Assembly: GCA_949031345.1 (NCBI GenBank)
Contig: CARNVA010000007.1
Location: 8,768 to 72,767, forward strand
From: an uncultured Eubacteriales bacterium
GTDB lineage: Bacteria > Bacillota > Clostridia > Christensenellales > UBA1242
Direction of reading: 5' to 3'
Length of the DNA stretch: 64,000 nucleotides
Shown: positions 1 to 8,890 of the stretch, piece after piece
Layout: every line of letters begins with the position of its first letter
How positions within the stretch are numbered: the stretch's first letter is position 1
Position numbers and translations under genes: made by a program
Notes under the pieces: model-generated
The model's input: the letters and a program-made list of their open reading frames with translations, nothing else
Told to the model about the DNA's origin: nothing
Database searches by the model: none

Positions 1-394
1 TGTGGTTGACATTTTCCCATATATCGCCACAATCATGATTGCCGTTGCACTTCTTCGCGTAAGTGGAGTAACCATCCTGCTAGCAAAAGCTTTTTCTCCC
101 TTTTTCAGTCTGCTTGGCATTCCAAGCCAGCTTATCGAGCTTGTCCTGCTTCGCCCATTCACTGGCTCAGGCAGTTATGCCCTTTTAAATAATGTTTTGA
201 TTGAATATGGTCCCGACTCCTATATAGCCCGCTGCGCCTGTGTAATTCTTGGTTGCAGCGAAACCATTTTTTATGTAACCGCTGTCTACACCTCTCAAAC
301 TAAGGTTAAAAAATTGTTATACGCCATCCCAATTGCTTTGATTGCCTCAGTCGTCGGCTCGGTTGTTGCCTGCTTGATCTGTAAGGTTTTATGA
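1..394 (+). CDS. spmB: Spore maturation protein B-like membrane protein (nucleoside-recognition/SpmB family), C-terminal part; 5' end lies outside the window
   Basis: The ORF is open at the window start. The translation (LRPFTGSGSYALLNNVLIEYGPDSYIARCACVILGCSETIFYVTAVY) matches the conserved SpmB core as I remember it from B. subtilis. Hydrophobic helices flank the core. TGA stop at 392-394. Confidence 0.8.
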   Translation, partial: VVDIFPYIATIMIAVALLRVSGVTILLAKAFSPFFSLLGIPSQLIELVLLRPFTGSGSYALLNNVLIEYGPDSYIARCACVILGCSETIFYVTAVYTSQTKVKKLLYAIPIALIASVVGSVVACLICKVL

Positions 395-528
395 CACCTG
401 CTCAGAAACAAACATAATTACACCTTAGCCTCCACCTTATTTTATTGTTTTAATTTTTAAACTTTTTTAACATCTTATTGCTATAGCTTTTTAATGTTTT
501 GCTGCTAAACTTTCTAATACTAAGCTGA

Positions 529-735
529 TTACCATTTTTTGTCGTGTTCTACCACAGATATATTTGCCGTAATTGCGGAAAACAGAATCTTAAGTTTTTT
601 CAAATCTTCTTTTCCATATTTTTCAGACAAACAAATAGCAATGCTTCCAGCAATGCTCACCATTTCCGGCCCAGTCAAACATATCTTACCATCTTCTTTG
701 TCATGCCTTTCTTCTCTTTTTTCATCTTTTTCCAT
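529..735 (-). CDS. Small hypothetical protein (68 aa from the first ATG; the track ORF starts at TTG 753)
   Basis: It is the only sizeable ORF in the 417-bp gap between spmB and the MGMT-like gene. There is no convincing Shine-Dalgarno (SD) sequence and no recognisable family. The central segment is hydrophobic (MVSIAGSIAICL). Confidence 0.25.
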   Translation of the reverse strand: MEKDEKREERHDKEDGKICLTGPEMVSIAGSIAICLSEKYGKEDLKKLKILFSAITANISVVEHDKKW

Positions 736-811
736 AATATTTATTATGAACAATCAAAGTGTAACGCCAAAAACATTTTTTAAAAATATAATTTCATGCT
801 ATAATTTTTAT

Positions 812-1120
812 ATGGAAAACTTATACGAAAAAATTTATCAAGCGGTGAAACTCATTCCAAAAGGAATGGTTTCAAGTTATGGTGAAATTGCAAAATTTAT
901 TGGCCACCCTCGCTGCGCAAGACAGGTGGGCTGGGCTTTACATAGAAACCCTGACCCTTCAACTATTTTTTGTCATCGCGTGGTCTTTGCCGACGGAAGC
1001 TTGTCAGAAGCTTTTGCCTTTGGCGGCGCAAATCAACAAAGCGCCCTTCTTGAAAGGGAAGGTGTGACCTTTTTAGATGGCAAAGTAAATATGTCAAAGC
1101 ACTTTTATAAATTTCTTTAA
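812..1120 (+). CDS. MGMT-family DNA-binding protein (methylated-DNA-protein-cysteine methyltransferase C-terminal domain only, 102 aa)
   Basis: ATG at 812. YGEIAKFIGHPRCARQVGWALHRNP...FCHRVV...LLEREGV matches the Ogt/MGMT DNA-binding domain, and the Cys of the (P)CHRV motif is retained. The track ORF starting at 539 is an unsupported N-terminal extension. Confidence 0.8.
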   Translation: MENLYEKIYQAVKLIPKGMVSSYGEIAKFIGHPRCARQVGWALHRNPDPSTIFCHRVVFADGSLSEAFAFGGANQQSALLEREGVTFLDGKVNMSKHFYKFL

Positions 1121-1264
1121 AAGAAAGTCTTATTAAAACATATTATAATTAAACTATTCACTACGATTGCATACCAGCATGACTATCCAACTCAATCTTT
1201 AAACTTTCATTTGAAAAAATCTAAAAATAAAAATATGAAGTAAAATAATTAAATAATAGAAAAT

Positions 1265-1297
1265 AAAAAATACCATAAAAATATGGTATTTTTTTGT
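1265..1297 (+). terminator. Rho-independent terminator after the MGMT-like gene
   Basis: Hairpin ATACCATA-AAAA-TATGGTAT, extended by A/T pairs and followed by a T-run (TTTTTTTGTTTT). Confidence 0.6.
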
Positions 1298-1523
1298 TTT
1301 AATAATTATTGTTTTAATTAAAAATAATTCAATAAAATGTCATTAAAATAACTTAAATAGACTTTTTATGCTTTTTATTGCAGTTTTTCCTTTTTTTTCG
1401 CCTTTTTTTCATTATTTTTTAATTTTTATTATTTATTTTATTATTAAAATAATTTAATTATTTATTTTTCATTATTTTATTTTTATTTTAATTTTTATTT
1501 TCAAAATAAAAAGCTTTAAACAA
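1298..1523. repeat. Extremely A+T-rich low-complexity spacer between convergent genes
   Basis: Positions 1411..1512 contain no G and only 2 C. The tract is made of reiterated TTTTATT/ATTTTA-like units. Confidence 0.8.
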
Positions 1524-3161
1524 TTAAAATCTGAAACCAAGTCTTTCTTTTACTTCAGCCTCTCCCAAGATTTCCATAATAGTAAATAAAGTTGGAGAAT
1601 CTTTTTCGCCAGTGATTGCCAGTCTGATAAACTCGCATGCTTTTGCAACATTGCCCTTAAAGTTTTCTGGGTTTGCCTTATAGAGTTTGTTGTCGGTGGC
1701 GTAGCCTAGTTTTCCAGCAATCTCTTTCACCTCATTAAACCATTCTTCATTGCTTTGAGCAAGTGCAAAAGTATTTTGATAAACCTCTAAAAGCTCGTTT
1801 GCCTTTTCCCTGTCTTCTTCATCAATTTGAATATCAGCTGGTCTATTAAAGAAATATGCAAACTTATCTTTCATCATGCTGAGGCAATAGATATCCTTTC
1901 TTGGTTTTGGTCTGCCATCTCTGTCCATTTGGCAAACTTTGATAAATTTTTCTCTATCCTTTTCCAAAACTTCAGCCAAAGGCTTGTCATATTCTTTTGC
2001 CCAATCAAGCCAATTTTCATAAAGCGTCTGCCCGCTTTGAAGAGCAATGACATTCTTTGAGATATCGTTGAGTTTGACAAGGTCAAAAATTGGAGCAACT
2101 GTGGTGATGTCATTTGGCTTAAACTTAAATTCCTGCCATGCCTTGTCTGGATTATTTTTTCTCCATAACTCGAAACCAGAATTTATCATATTTAGAAGAT
2201 ATTCAAACACCGCCTCGTTTGGATAACCCTTTTCTATAAAAAACATCATGTTTGACTCTGGGTCGTAGCGTTTTGAAATCTTGCGTCGATTTCCAAGGTC
2301 GTTTAGCTTATATATAAGTGGATTGTGACAATATTGAATTTGTTTGAAACCAAGTGCCTCAAAAAGCTCTACATGCGCAGGTGTTGAAGCAATATACTCC
2401 TCACCTCTCACCACAATGTTTGTGCCCATAAGCGTGTCATCAATAGCGTGAGCAAAAGCATAAGGAGGAGTGCCGTCTGTTTTTAAAATAACAAAGTCTT
2501 TCGCATTCGCCTTAGCTTCTATGTCCCCTTTGATAAGGTCATTAAACACAATTCTTTCATTGCCTTGATTTTTGGTCTTTAGTCTTATAGCAAAGCTGTC
2601 ACCATTGTCAATATGAGCTTTGATTTTTTCAAAACTTAGATCTCTGCATGGGTCATATTCACGCTCGTCATTTTCAGCAAACTTGTTTTCTCTTAATTTC
2701 AAGACATCCTCTTTTCCTTCTGTCTTTTTGCAGAAGCATGGAAAAGCCTTGCCTTCACTCACCAATTTTTTTGCATAAAACTTGTATATATCAACTCTTT
2801 GACTTTGAACATAAGGGCCATAATCACCAACATCCTTGCCATCAAGTGTTTGATATTCATCAAACTTAAGCCCAAATCTTCCAAGCACATCATATAAAAC
2901 TTTTTTTGCTTCCACCTTTTCGCGCTTTCTGTCAGTGTCCTCAATGCGCAAAAAAAGCACACCATCTGTGTTTTTGGCGATGTTGAAACTTATAAATGCT
3001 TGAAAGAAATTTCCAATATGAACAAGACCTGTTGGACTTGGTGCAAATCTTGTCACCATCTGCCCCTTATCTAAGTTTCTTTTTGGATATTTTTTAAAAA
3101 GCTCTTCCTCTGTCAATGTGACATTTGGAAAAAGTAAATCTGCAATCGCTTTATTATCCAT
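1524..3161 (-). CDS. gltX: Glutamate--tRNA ligase (bacterial GluRS type, 545 aa)
   Basis: RFAPSPTGLVHIGN (HIGH region), LRIEDTD and KISKR (KMSKS region). ATG at 3161 is preceded by GAGGAGA. The track start at 3272 is an upstream extension. Confidence 0.88.
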   Translation of the reverse strand: MDNKAIADLLFPNVTLTEEELFKKYPKRNLDKGQMVTRFAPSPTGLVHIGNFFQAFISFNIAKNTDGVLFLRIEDTDRKREKVEAKKVLYDVLGRFGLKFDEYQTLDGKDVGDYGPYVQSQRVDIYKFYAKKLVSEGKAFPCFCKKTEGKEDVLKLRENKFAENDEREYDPCRDLSFEKIKAHIDNGDSFAIRLKTKNQGNERIVFNDLIKGDIEAKANAKDFVILKTDGTPPYAFAHAIDDTLMGTNIVVRGEEYIASTPAHVELFEALGFKQIQYCHNPLIYKLNDLGNRRKISKRYDPESNMMFFIEKGYPNEAVFEYLLNMINSGFELWRKNNPDKAWQEFKFKPNDITTVAPIFDLVKLNDISKNVIALQSGQTLYENWLDWAKEYDKPLAEVLEKDREKFIKVCQMDRDGRPKPRKDIYCLSMMKDKFAYFFNRPADIQIDEEDREKANELLEVYQNTFALAQSNEEWFNEVKEIAGKLGYATDNKLYKANPENFKGNVAKACEFIRLAITGEKDSPTLFTIMEILGEAEVKERLGFRF

Positions 3162-3410
3162 GTATTTCTCCTCTTTAAAAAGATTTATTAAACTTTCTCT
3201 CTTAATATCAAAAAAAAATTTTAAATCTATTTTCAACTGTCTTATTTTATCACTCTCTGCAAAAAAAATCAACAGAATTGTCTTTTTTTATTTTATTAAA
3301 CCTTTCAACCAAATTGATCTTCTTCTCTTTCTAAAAAAGCAAAGCTTAACTTTTGACAAATAAACCTCTCATTTTCCAACTCGGCTTAAAACTCTTATTA
3401 CATCCGCTTG

Positions 3411-3438
3411 CAAAAAAGAGGAGTTATTTCCCCTCTTT
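3411..3438 (-). terminator. Rho-independent terminator overlapping the stop of the 3424..4194 gene
   Basis: Minus strand reads AAGAGGGG-AAATAA-CTCCTCTT followed by TTTTTT. Confidence 0.5.
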
Positions 3439-4194
3439 ATCATTATTATATTGATTTTCTTCTGATTGTGCAGATTTTTCTTCCAATGCGTTATCTTCTT
3501 TCTTTTGTTGTTTCTTAATAACAAGCTCTTTTTCAATATAGTTTATTCCAAGCGAGCATTTTGTGAGTTTTCCAATCAAGAAATGAGCGGCAAAGATAAG
3601 GGCACCGCCAAGATTGCAGAACATATCAGTAATGGTGTCAATGATAAGTGGATAACCATATTCTTCAATTGGCGCACCTTGCATAGTCTGATTGAGCAAT
3701 CTGTCAATGATAAACTCAAACAACTCCCAAACATATTCAATGCTCAGTGAGAAAATCACGCAGAATACAACGACTGTTGAAATTTTCAAACTTTTGTAGT
3801 CTTGACAAAGTGAAATCACCAAAATTCCAACAGCTGCCATAATATAGCCGCAAAGAGCATGCACCATTTTATCAAAGCCAGGCACGATATAATAAATACT
3901 TAGCAAAGAGCCCACAAAGCCACTTAAAGCAACATAAACAGTGTATGCAAGCACCAAAATATTTGAAATTCTTCGACCGATAATAAGCTCTATAATAGGC
4001 GGAAGGATAAACAATGCTGCCATTGTAAGCCCACTCATAAACAATCTGCTGTCATCTTTGACAACTTTGCCGGTTATAGAAATGGTCAAACTTGCAATGA
4101 ATAGTCCTATCATCAAAATAAGATTGACAATTCTGAAAATCTTGTTCTTTTTATCTAAATCTTTAAATCTAACCCAATTTTTTCTTGTTTTCAT
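3424..4194 (-). CDS. Polytopic membrane protein of unknown function (256 aa) with a charged C-terminal tail
   Basis: ATG at 4194 with GGAG 8 nt upstream. About 6 hydrophobic helices. The tail is Lys/Glu-rich (KKQQKKEDNALEEKSAQSEENQ). Confidence 0.6.
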   Translation of the reverse strand: MKTRKNWVRFKDLDKKNKIFRIVNLILMIGLFIASLTISITGKVVKDDSRLFMSGLTMAALFILPPIIELIIGRRISNILVLAYTVYVALSGFVGSLLSIYYIVPGFDKMVHALCGYIMAAVGILVISLCQDYKSLKISTVVVFCVIFSLSIEYVWELFEFIIDRLLNQTMQGAPIEEYGYPLIIDTITDMFCNLGGALIFAAHFLIGKLTKCSLGINYIEKELVIKKQQKKEDNALEEKSAQSEENQYNNDKEGK

Positions 4195-4418
4195 AAACAA
4201 CTCCAATATATTATAAACACCTTTATCATAAATAATAATCATTTTTAATCATAAATAATAATAAATTTTGCCTAGCTTGCATTATCTTATAATTGCCATA
4301 GATTTAAAAAGGGTTTATCATATAATGATAATGTAACTCTAAATTTTCAAAAAGTAAAGCAAATAAGATTTGATTTTGTTTTTTAAAGAAAAAACGCCCT
4401 ATCAACTCATTAGAAGTC

Positions 4419-4448
4419 AAAAAAAAGAGAGGTCATTTCCTCTCTTTT
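4419..4448 (-). terminator. Rho-independent terminator after the 4452..5516 gene
   Basis: Minus strand reads AAGAGAGG-AAATGA-CCTCTCTT followed by TTTTTTTT. Confidence 0.65.
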
Positions 4449-4451
4449 AAA

Positions 4452-5516
4452 TTATGCAACAACAATACCTGTCAAATAGATAATTGTCTTTCCTATAGTG
4501 CAAAGCTCTCCCATAAAATAGCTGTCAAGTTTTTTATAGAATATTCTTGCGTTTTCATTGTCTTTTTCATAAGCGTCAAGATTTCTGTCATAATTGAATG
4601 CGAATTTGTAAAGCGAGAAGTTGTTTGCAGCCTGTCTTGCGTCCGTGCTGCTTCCTTTAAGCTTTTTAAAGAATGTCATAAGAGTCTTAGTTTCTTCTAC
4701 AGAAATGTCTGTCTTCTTATCTTTTGAAACCACCATTGTCATAAAGTCTGCAAAAGTTTCGTTGATGTCATATTCATAAATATCTCCAATAACTACTGCA
4801 TTGCAGCTTGACATATAAACTTCTTTAAAGTCGCACATAATATCAAAATATCTCAAATCAAGATAAAATTCAACTTCTTCAGCTTTCTGCTCTTCGCTGC
4901 CCAACCCTGCAGCAAGTTTAACTTTGTTGTTGAAGAAACCTGCAAGTCTGTCAGCACAGGTGTAAACTTTGTTTAAAAAGTCAATTATTTTAAGTTTATA
5001 GTTGAAGAAGAAGCCATTCATGATTGACACATTTGCCTCTATTTTTGAAGCGTCAACATACTTGTCATGCTCTGCTTTCATATTCTCATAAGATTTTTTC
5101 ATAGCCTTGACTGAATCATCAATTGACCCAAAGTCTGCCCTTTTGTCAAGGGTTTCAAGCATTGGATAATATTTATCTATGAAATTAAGCCCTGCTGAAA
5201 CCAAAACAACATATTGGTCATAATAGACATCTTCCACTTCAATTTCATTATCTGAATTAAGCACTTCTTTCTTCCAAGAAACATCTTTCAGTCTATATTT
5301 TGTGGCAAAGCCATTAAATCTGCTGTAATTCCACTTTGTCTCAGATGTGGCTGTTGAGAATGTGTCTGTGTCTGCTTCCATAGCGCTCATTGTCTGCTCG
5401 AAAAGTCTGAAAGTGGCAAGGCTTGATGTCTCTTTAGCGCAGGCAAACATCATAAAACTTGAGAGAGCAATTACAATTGCAAGAAAGATTGGTAATACAA
5501 TTTTTTTTGCTTTCAT
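4452..5516 (-). CDS. Exported or anchored hypothetical protein (354 aa), imperfect lipobox
   Basis: SD AGGAGGG. The N-terminus MKAKKIVLPIFLAIVIALSSFMMFAC is a signal or anchor helix ending in Cys. The remainder reads as helical and hydrophilic. The start lies 1 nt after the upstream stop. Confidence 0.65.
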   Translation of the reverse strand: MKAKKIVLPIFLAIVIALSSFMMFACAKETSSLATFRLFEQTMSAMEADTDTFSTATSETKWNYSRFNGFATKYRLKDVSWKKEVLNSDNEIEVEDVYYDQYVVLVSAGLNFIDKYYPMLETLDKRADFGSIDDSVKAMKKSYENMKAEHDKYVDASKIEANVSIMNGFFFNYKLKIIDFLNKVYTCADRLAGFFNNKVKLAAGLGSEEQKAEEVEFYLDLRYFDIMCDFKEVYMSSCNAVVIGDIYEYDINETFADFMTMVVSKDKKTDISVEETKTLMTFFKKLKGSSTDARQAANNFSLYKFAFNYDRNLDAYEKDNENARIFYKKLDSYFMGELCTIGKTIIYLTGIVVA

Positions 5517-5517
5517 A

Positions 5518-6504
5518 TTATTTCCCTCCTAAAAATTCTTTGACAGCCGAAAGCGCGTTCACTTCATCTTCAACGCCTTCATAAGTCTTGCTGAAATTAA
5601 ATTTTGTCCCATCTTGTTTTACTGTTTCAATCACCGAAATGAAATTTTTCTCTCCATAAATTTCAAAGAATTTTGTAATCTTTTCATACTTGCTTGATAT
5701 TGCTGTATCAAAATAATAGTTTCTGATCGCAGCTTCATTGGTTATCTTTGTATTAACAAAATTATAGAAAGCGTGTATCTTTGATGATAAATCTAGGCTT
5801 TTGTAAATGTATGAGTCCTCACCAGAGCCCTTTTTGTCTGAACTTTCAACTTTCCTAATGTCGGAAATGATTACGCTTAAATAGTCTTCAACTGCATCTA
5901 ATGCCATTTTTGAAGCGGCATTATTTTCCAAGATGTCTCCCATAGAGCCAGTGTATGCTTTATTTAAAGCCACAACCGCCTTTGAATATGAATTAAGCCA
6001 TTTGATATATTCACGCCTAAAATCAATCACAGAAGTTTGCATATACACAGAGTCTCTTGCGTGCTGAAGTGTCTCTTCAAGTAAGTTTGCCATTTTCTTC
6101 TGACTTTCTTTGGCGTCATTGAGATTATTTTTGATTGGCTTATAATTGTTGTTTAAGTTTTTGTTGTTTGAAGCAAAAACTATATTTTTGTTATAGAATG
6201 CAAGCACATCTTTAAGTGAGCCTGAAAGAATTTGAATGTCAGCCATTTCAGTTGTGTAATATTTATAATTTGACTCGTTTGAAGCAAGCTTTTCTTCCAA
6301 ATTGTCAAAATTCTTTTTCTCGTTTTTGTCAACTAAGAATGAAGTCTGAGTTGTTCTGTTTAAAGTCTGCACCATATTGTATGTATTTGGTGGAATACAA
6401 AGTAAAACTACAACAACAATGATTGCAACAAGTGCAACAATACCAAAGCCTATCAGCCATTTTTTTTCGCCACCTGTTGAGTAACCTTTACTGCTTTTAC
6501 CCAT
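5518..6504 (-). CDS. N-terminally membrane-anchored hypothetical protein (328 aa)
   Basis: SD AAGGAGGAG. A TM helix (WLIGFGIVALVAIIVVVVLLCI) follows a short basic N-terminus. The remainder reads as helical and hydrophilic. Confidence 0.65.
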   Translation of the reverse strand: MGKSSKGYSTGGEKKWLIGFGIVALVAIIVVVVLLCIPPNTYNMVQTLNRTTQTSFLVDKNEKKNFDNLEEKLASNESNYKYYTTEMADIQILSGSLKDVLAFYNKNIVFASNNKNLNNNYKPIKNNLNDAKESQKKMANLLEETLQHARDSVYMQTSVIDFRREYIKWLNSYSKAVVALNKAYTGSMGDILENNAASKMALDAVEDYLSVIISDIRKVESSDKKGSGEDSYIYKSLDLSSKIHAFYNFVNTKITNEAAIRNYYFDTAISSKYEKITKFFEIYGEKNFISVIETVKQDGTKFNFSKTYEGVEDEVNALSAVKEFLGGK

Positions 6505-6684
6505 AGTCTCCTCCTTTATTATCTATATAAAATATAATATAGTCTCTATAGACCTATTTTAACTCATTTTTGTCTGCTATTCAAGTAAAATCGAAATTTA
6601 ATTTTAAATTTTGTACAAATTGTTTAAAAATTACCCTCTTGCCAAGCCCGTTTGCTTCCTTTTATAGCAAATAGGACGGTCAAA

Positions 6685-8118
6685 CTAGTCAAAAACATCA
6701 ACACTTCCAATGTTTTCAACTGGGGTCTCTTCAATCTTGTCAACATCAATTTGTTCTCTCTTCTTGGCTGGAGCGAGTTTTTCTCCAATATTGACAAAAG
6801 TTGTGTATTCTCCAATCCAGCGAAGTTTGACTGTGCCTGTTCCACCATTTCTGTGTTTTGCAATGATAAGCTCGACAGTGCCTGGCTCATCTTCTTGCGC
6901 AACATCATTATATTTTTCTGGGTTATACAAAAACAGTACAATGTCGGCATCCTGTTCGATTGCACCCGAGTCTCTCAGGTCGGAAAGCATTGGTCTATGG
7001 TCACCCTGCCTGCTTTCAACTCCACGCGAAAGCTGAGAAAGGGCTATGATTGGCACATTAAGCTCTTTTGCTGCAATTTTAAGATTTCTTGAAATGTCAC
7101 TGACCTCATTTTGACGGGTGTCACTTTTCTTTCCACCGCCCGAACTCATAAGCTGAACATAGTCAATCATGATTATGTCAAGGTTGTCTTTTGCTTTTAA
7201 GCGTCTGCATTTTGTAAGCACATCAGCAGGCGTAGTCAATGATGAGTCATCAACATAAAGTCCGCTTGCTTCAAGCCTTTTCGCTGCCGACCAAATTCTT
7301 TTCCATTCGTCGCCATCCATGCTTCCATTTAAAGCGCGCGACATTGGCACTTTTGCAAGTGAGCAGATTGCCCTCTGCATAAGCTGGTCACGGCTCATTT
7401 CAAGTGAGAAAATTGCACATTTCTTGCCATGCTCGACTGCAGCGTTTACAAGAATGTTCATAGAAAAAGAAGTTTTTCCAATTCCAGGACGGGCTGCCAA
7501 TAGAATAAGGTCACTGTTTTGAAGACCGTTTGTAATCTTGTCAAAATCGCGATAACCTGTTGGAATACCCTTAATTGAAGTTGGGTCTTTCGCGATTGTA
7601 TCAAATTTGTCAATTACATGCTTGATTGCACCATTTGGCACGCCAACATGCTCAAGGGCCGAACGCGACTGATTTTCAGCAATGTCAAAGATTTCCTTTT
7701 CGGCAAACTGGAGGCACTTTTCTCTATCTTCAGTTTCATAGGCGTTTTCGATAATCTTTTGACCTGAATGGATAAGCTTACGCTTGACAGAGTCTGACTT
7801 GACAATATCGCAATAATATTTGAAGTTTGCGGCAGATGGCACCACATTTGTAAGTGCAGTTATGTATTCAATTCCGCCCACTTTATCAAGAATTTTGTCT
7901 TGGTCAAGTTGGTCTGTAAGCGTGACAAAATCTACAGGCACGGAGCGCTGATAAATCTTGTTCATAGTGGCATAAATGCTGCTGTGCGATTGAGAATAGA
8001 AATCATCCTCTTTCATCATACCAAAAATATCAACTTGAGCTTGCAAGTCAATCAAAATCGCGCCAAGCACAGCCTGTTCGGCTTCAATATTATGCGGCAT
8101 AATCTTATAATCAGCCAT
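6685..8118 (-). CDS. dnaB: Replicative DNA helicase
   Basis: N-terminus PHNIEAEQAVLGAILID, Walker A ARPGIGKTSF, plus IMIDYVQLM and IALSQLSR motifs. It carries a C-terminal extension of about 35 aa. Confidence 0.95.
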   Translation of the reverse strand: MADYKIMPHNIEAEQAVLGAILIDLQAQVDIFGMMKEDDFYSQSHSSIYATMNKIYQRSVPVDFVTLTDQLDQDKILDKVGGIEYITALTNVVPSAANFKYYCDIVKSDSVKRKLIHSGQKIIENAYETEDREKCLQFAEKEIFDIAENQSRSALEHVGVPNGAIKHVIDKFDTIAKDPTSIKGIPTGYRDFDKITNGLQNSDLILLAARPGIGKTSFSMNILVNAAVEHGKKCAIFSLEMSRDQLMQRAICSLAKVPMSRALNGSMDGDEWKRIWSAAKRLEASGLYVDDSSLTTPADVLTKCRRLKAKDNLDIIMIDYVQLMSSGGGKKSDTRQNEVSDISRNLKIAAKELNVPIIALSQLSRGVESRQGDHRPMLSDLRDSGAIEQDADIVLFLYNPEKYNDVAQEDEPGTVELIIAKHRNGGTGTVKLRWIGEYTTFVNIGEKLAPAKKREQIDVDKIEETPVENIGSVDVFD

Positions 8119-8139
8119 ATTTCCCCCTAAGTAAATTTT

Positions 8140-8580
8140 TTATTCTACATCCTCTGTTTCATTTGTCTCATTTTCGATAACTTTTGCATTACTTTCAGTT
8201 TCATCTTCTGAGACAGTTGAAGAAAGGTTTTTTTCATCTTTTCTTTTGTTCTTTTTAGATTTTTTTCTGTCATGCACAAGCATCTCTTTTTTAGACTGAG
8301 CAGGCTTTCCACCCTCTTTGACAAATGGGTCTTTTTTGCCAGACTCTTCAAGACGCCTAGCTTTGCGTTTGTCTATTTTGGCGCAAATGCCCATGAAAAG
8401 CAGATAAAGAAAGGAAGTGATTACAATAATTAAAAAGCCGTTCAAAACTGGATGCATGTTTGTGTATTGATAGAATAAGAAGCAAATGAAACCATCAATG
8501 AAAAACACAAGTGCCAAAAATATTATAAGCCTCTTGTTTGCTTTTTTTAGGTCTCTTCGCTCTTCAGGATTTATCATCAT
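8140..8580 (-). CDS. Small membrane protein with a Lys-rich C-terminal tail (146 aa)
   Basis: SD AGGGAGGG and tandem ATG ATG. Two TM helices are followed by a KKSKKNKRKDEK-type tail. The stop lies 21 nt upstream of the dnaB start, so the two are probably co-transcribed. Confidence 0.5.
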   Translation of the reverse strand: MMINPEERRDLKKANKRLIIFLALVFFIDGFICFLFYQYTNMHPVLNGFLIIVITSFLYLLFMGICAKIDKRKARRLEESGKKDPFVKEGGKPAQSKKEMLVHDRKKSKKNKRKDEKNLSSTVSEDETESNAKVIENETNETEDVE

Positions 8581-8600
8581 AACGCAATGCCCTCCCTTTG

Positions 8601-8640
8601 CGGAATATCCACTGACTTTTTGGAATATCCACTGACTTTC
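8601..8640. repeat. 20-bp tandem direct repeat (2 copies) just upstream of the 8140..8580 start codon
   Basis: cGGAATATCCACTGACTTTt / tGGAATATCCACTGACTTTc. A degenerate third copy, GGATTTTCTGCTGAC, sits at 8703..8717. Confidence 0.9.
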
Positions 8641-8818
8641 TGAAATTCTTTTATTTTCCCCTTAAATTTTTGAATTATCTGGGATTTCCAAACTTTCTTT
8701 ATGGATTTTCTGCTGACAAAATGCTCTTCAGCTTGCTTTCTCAGTTTCCATTTGTTTGCAATTTTTATTACAAGTGTTGACTTGGCATAATAATAAAGTT
8801 TGAATTTTAATCAAAAAG

Positions 8819-8890
8819 GCTTGTTAAAATAATAGCCGCCAAGCGTAAAGCTTGTTAAAATAATAGTCGCCAAGCGTAAGGCTTGTTAAA
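8819..8890. repeat. 31-bp tandem direct repeat (2.3 copies) abutting and including the typA stop codon
   Basis: GCTTGTTAAAATAATAGCCGCCAAGCGTAAA / GCTTGTTAAAATAATAGTCGCCAAGCGTAAG / GCTTGTTAAA. On the minus strand each unit junction can form a CAAGC-N5-GCTTG hairpin. Confidence 0.9.

Noticed and set aside
539-811. The long N-terminal part of track ORF 539..1120, and the overlapping ORFs 544..783 and 879..1067.
   Set aside because: Only the last 102 codons (from ATG 812) match the MGMT DNA-binding domain. The upstream part is low-complexity Ser/Phe/Leu sequence antisense to another candidate ORF and has no SD.
3162-3423. A possible T-box or other leader upstream of gltX.
   Set aside because: The region is AT-rich, with no conserved T-box sequence and no convincing terminator/antiterminator pair.
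6624-7092. ORFs 6624..6965 (-) and 6652..7092 / 6710..7036 (+), which overlap the dnaB 3' end.
   Set aside because: They are alternative frames of dnaB. The DnaB frame carries the conserved helicase motifs.
8819-8890. Whether the 31-bp direct repeats are a CRISPR array.
   Set aside because: The units are directly abutting with no spacers. There are only 2.3 copies, and no cas genes are in the window.
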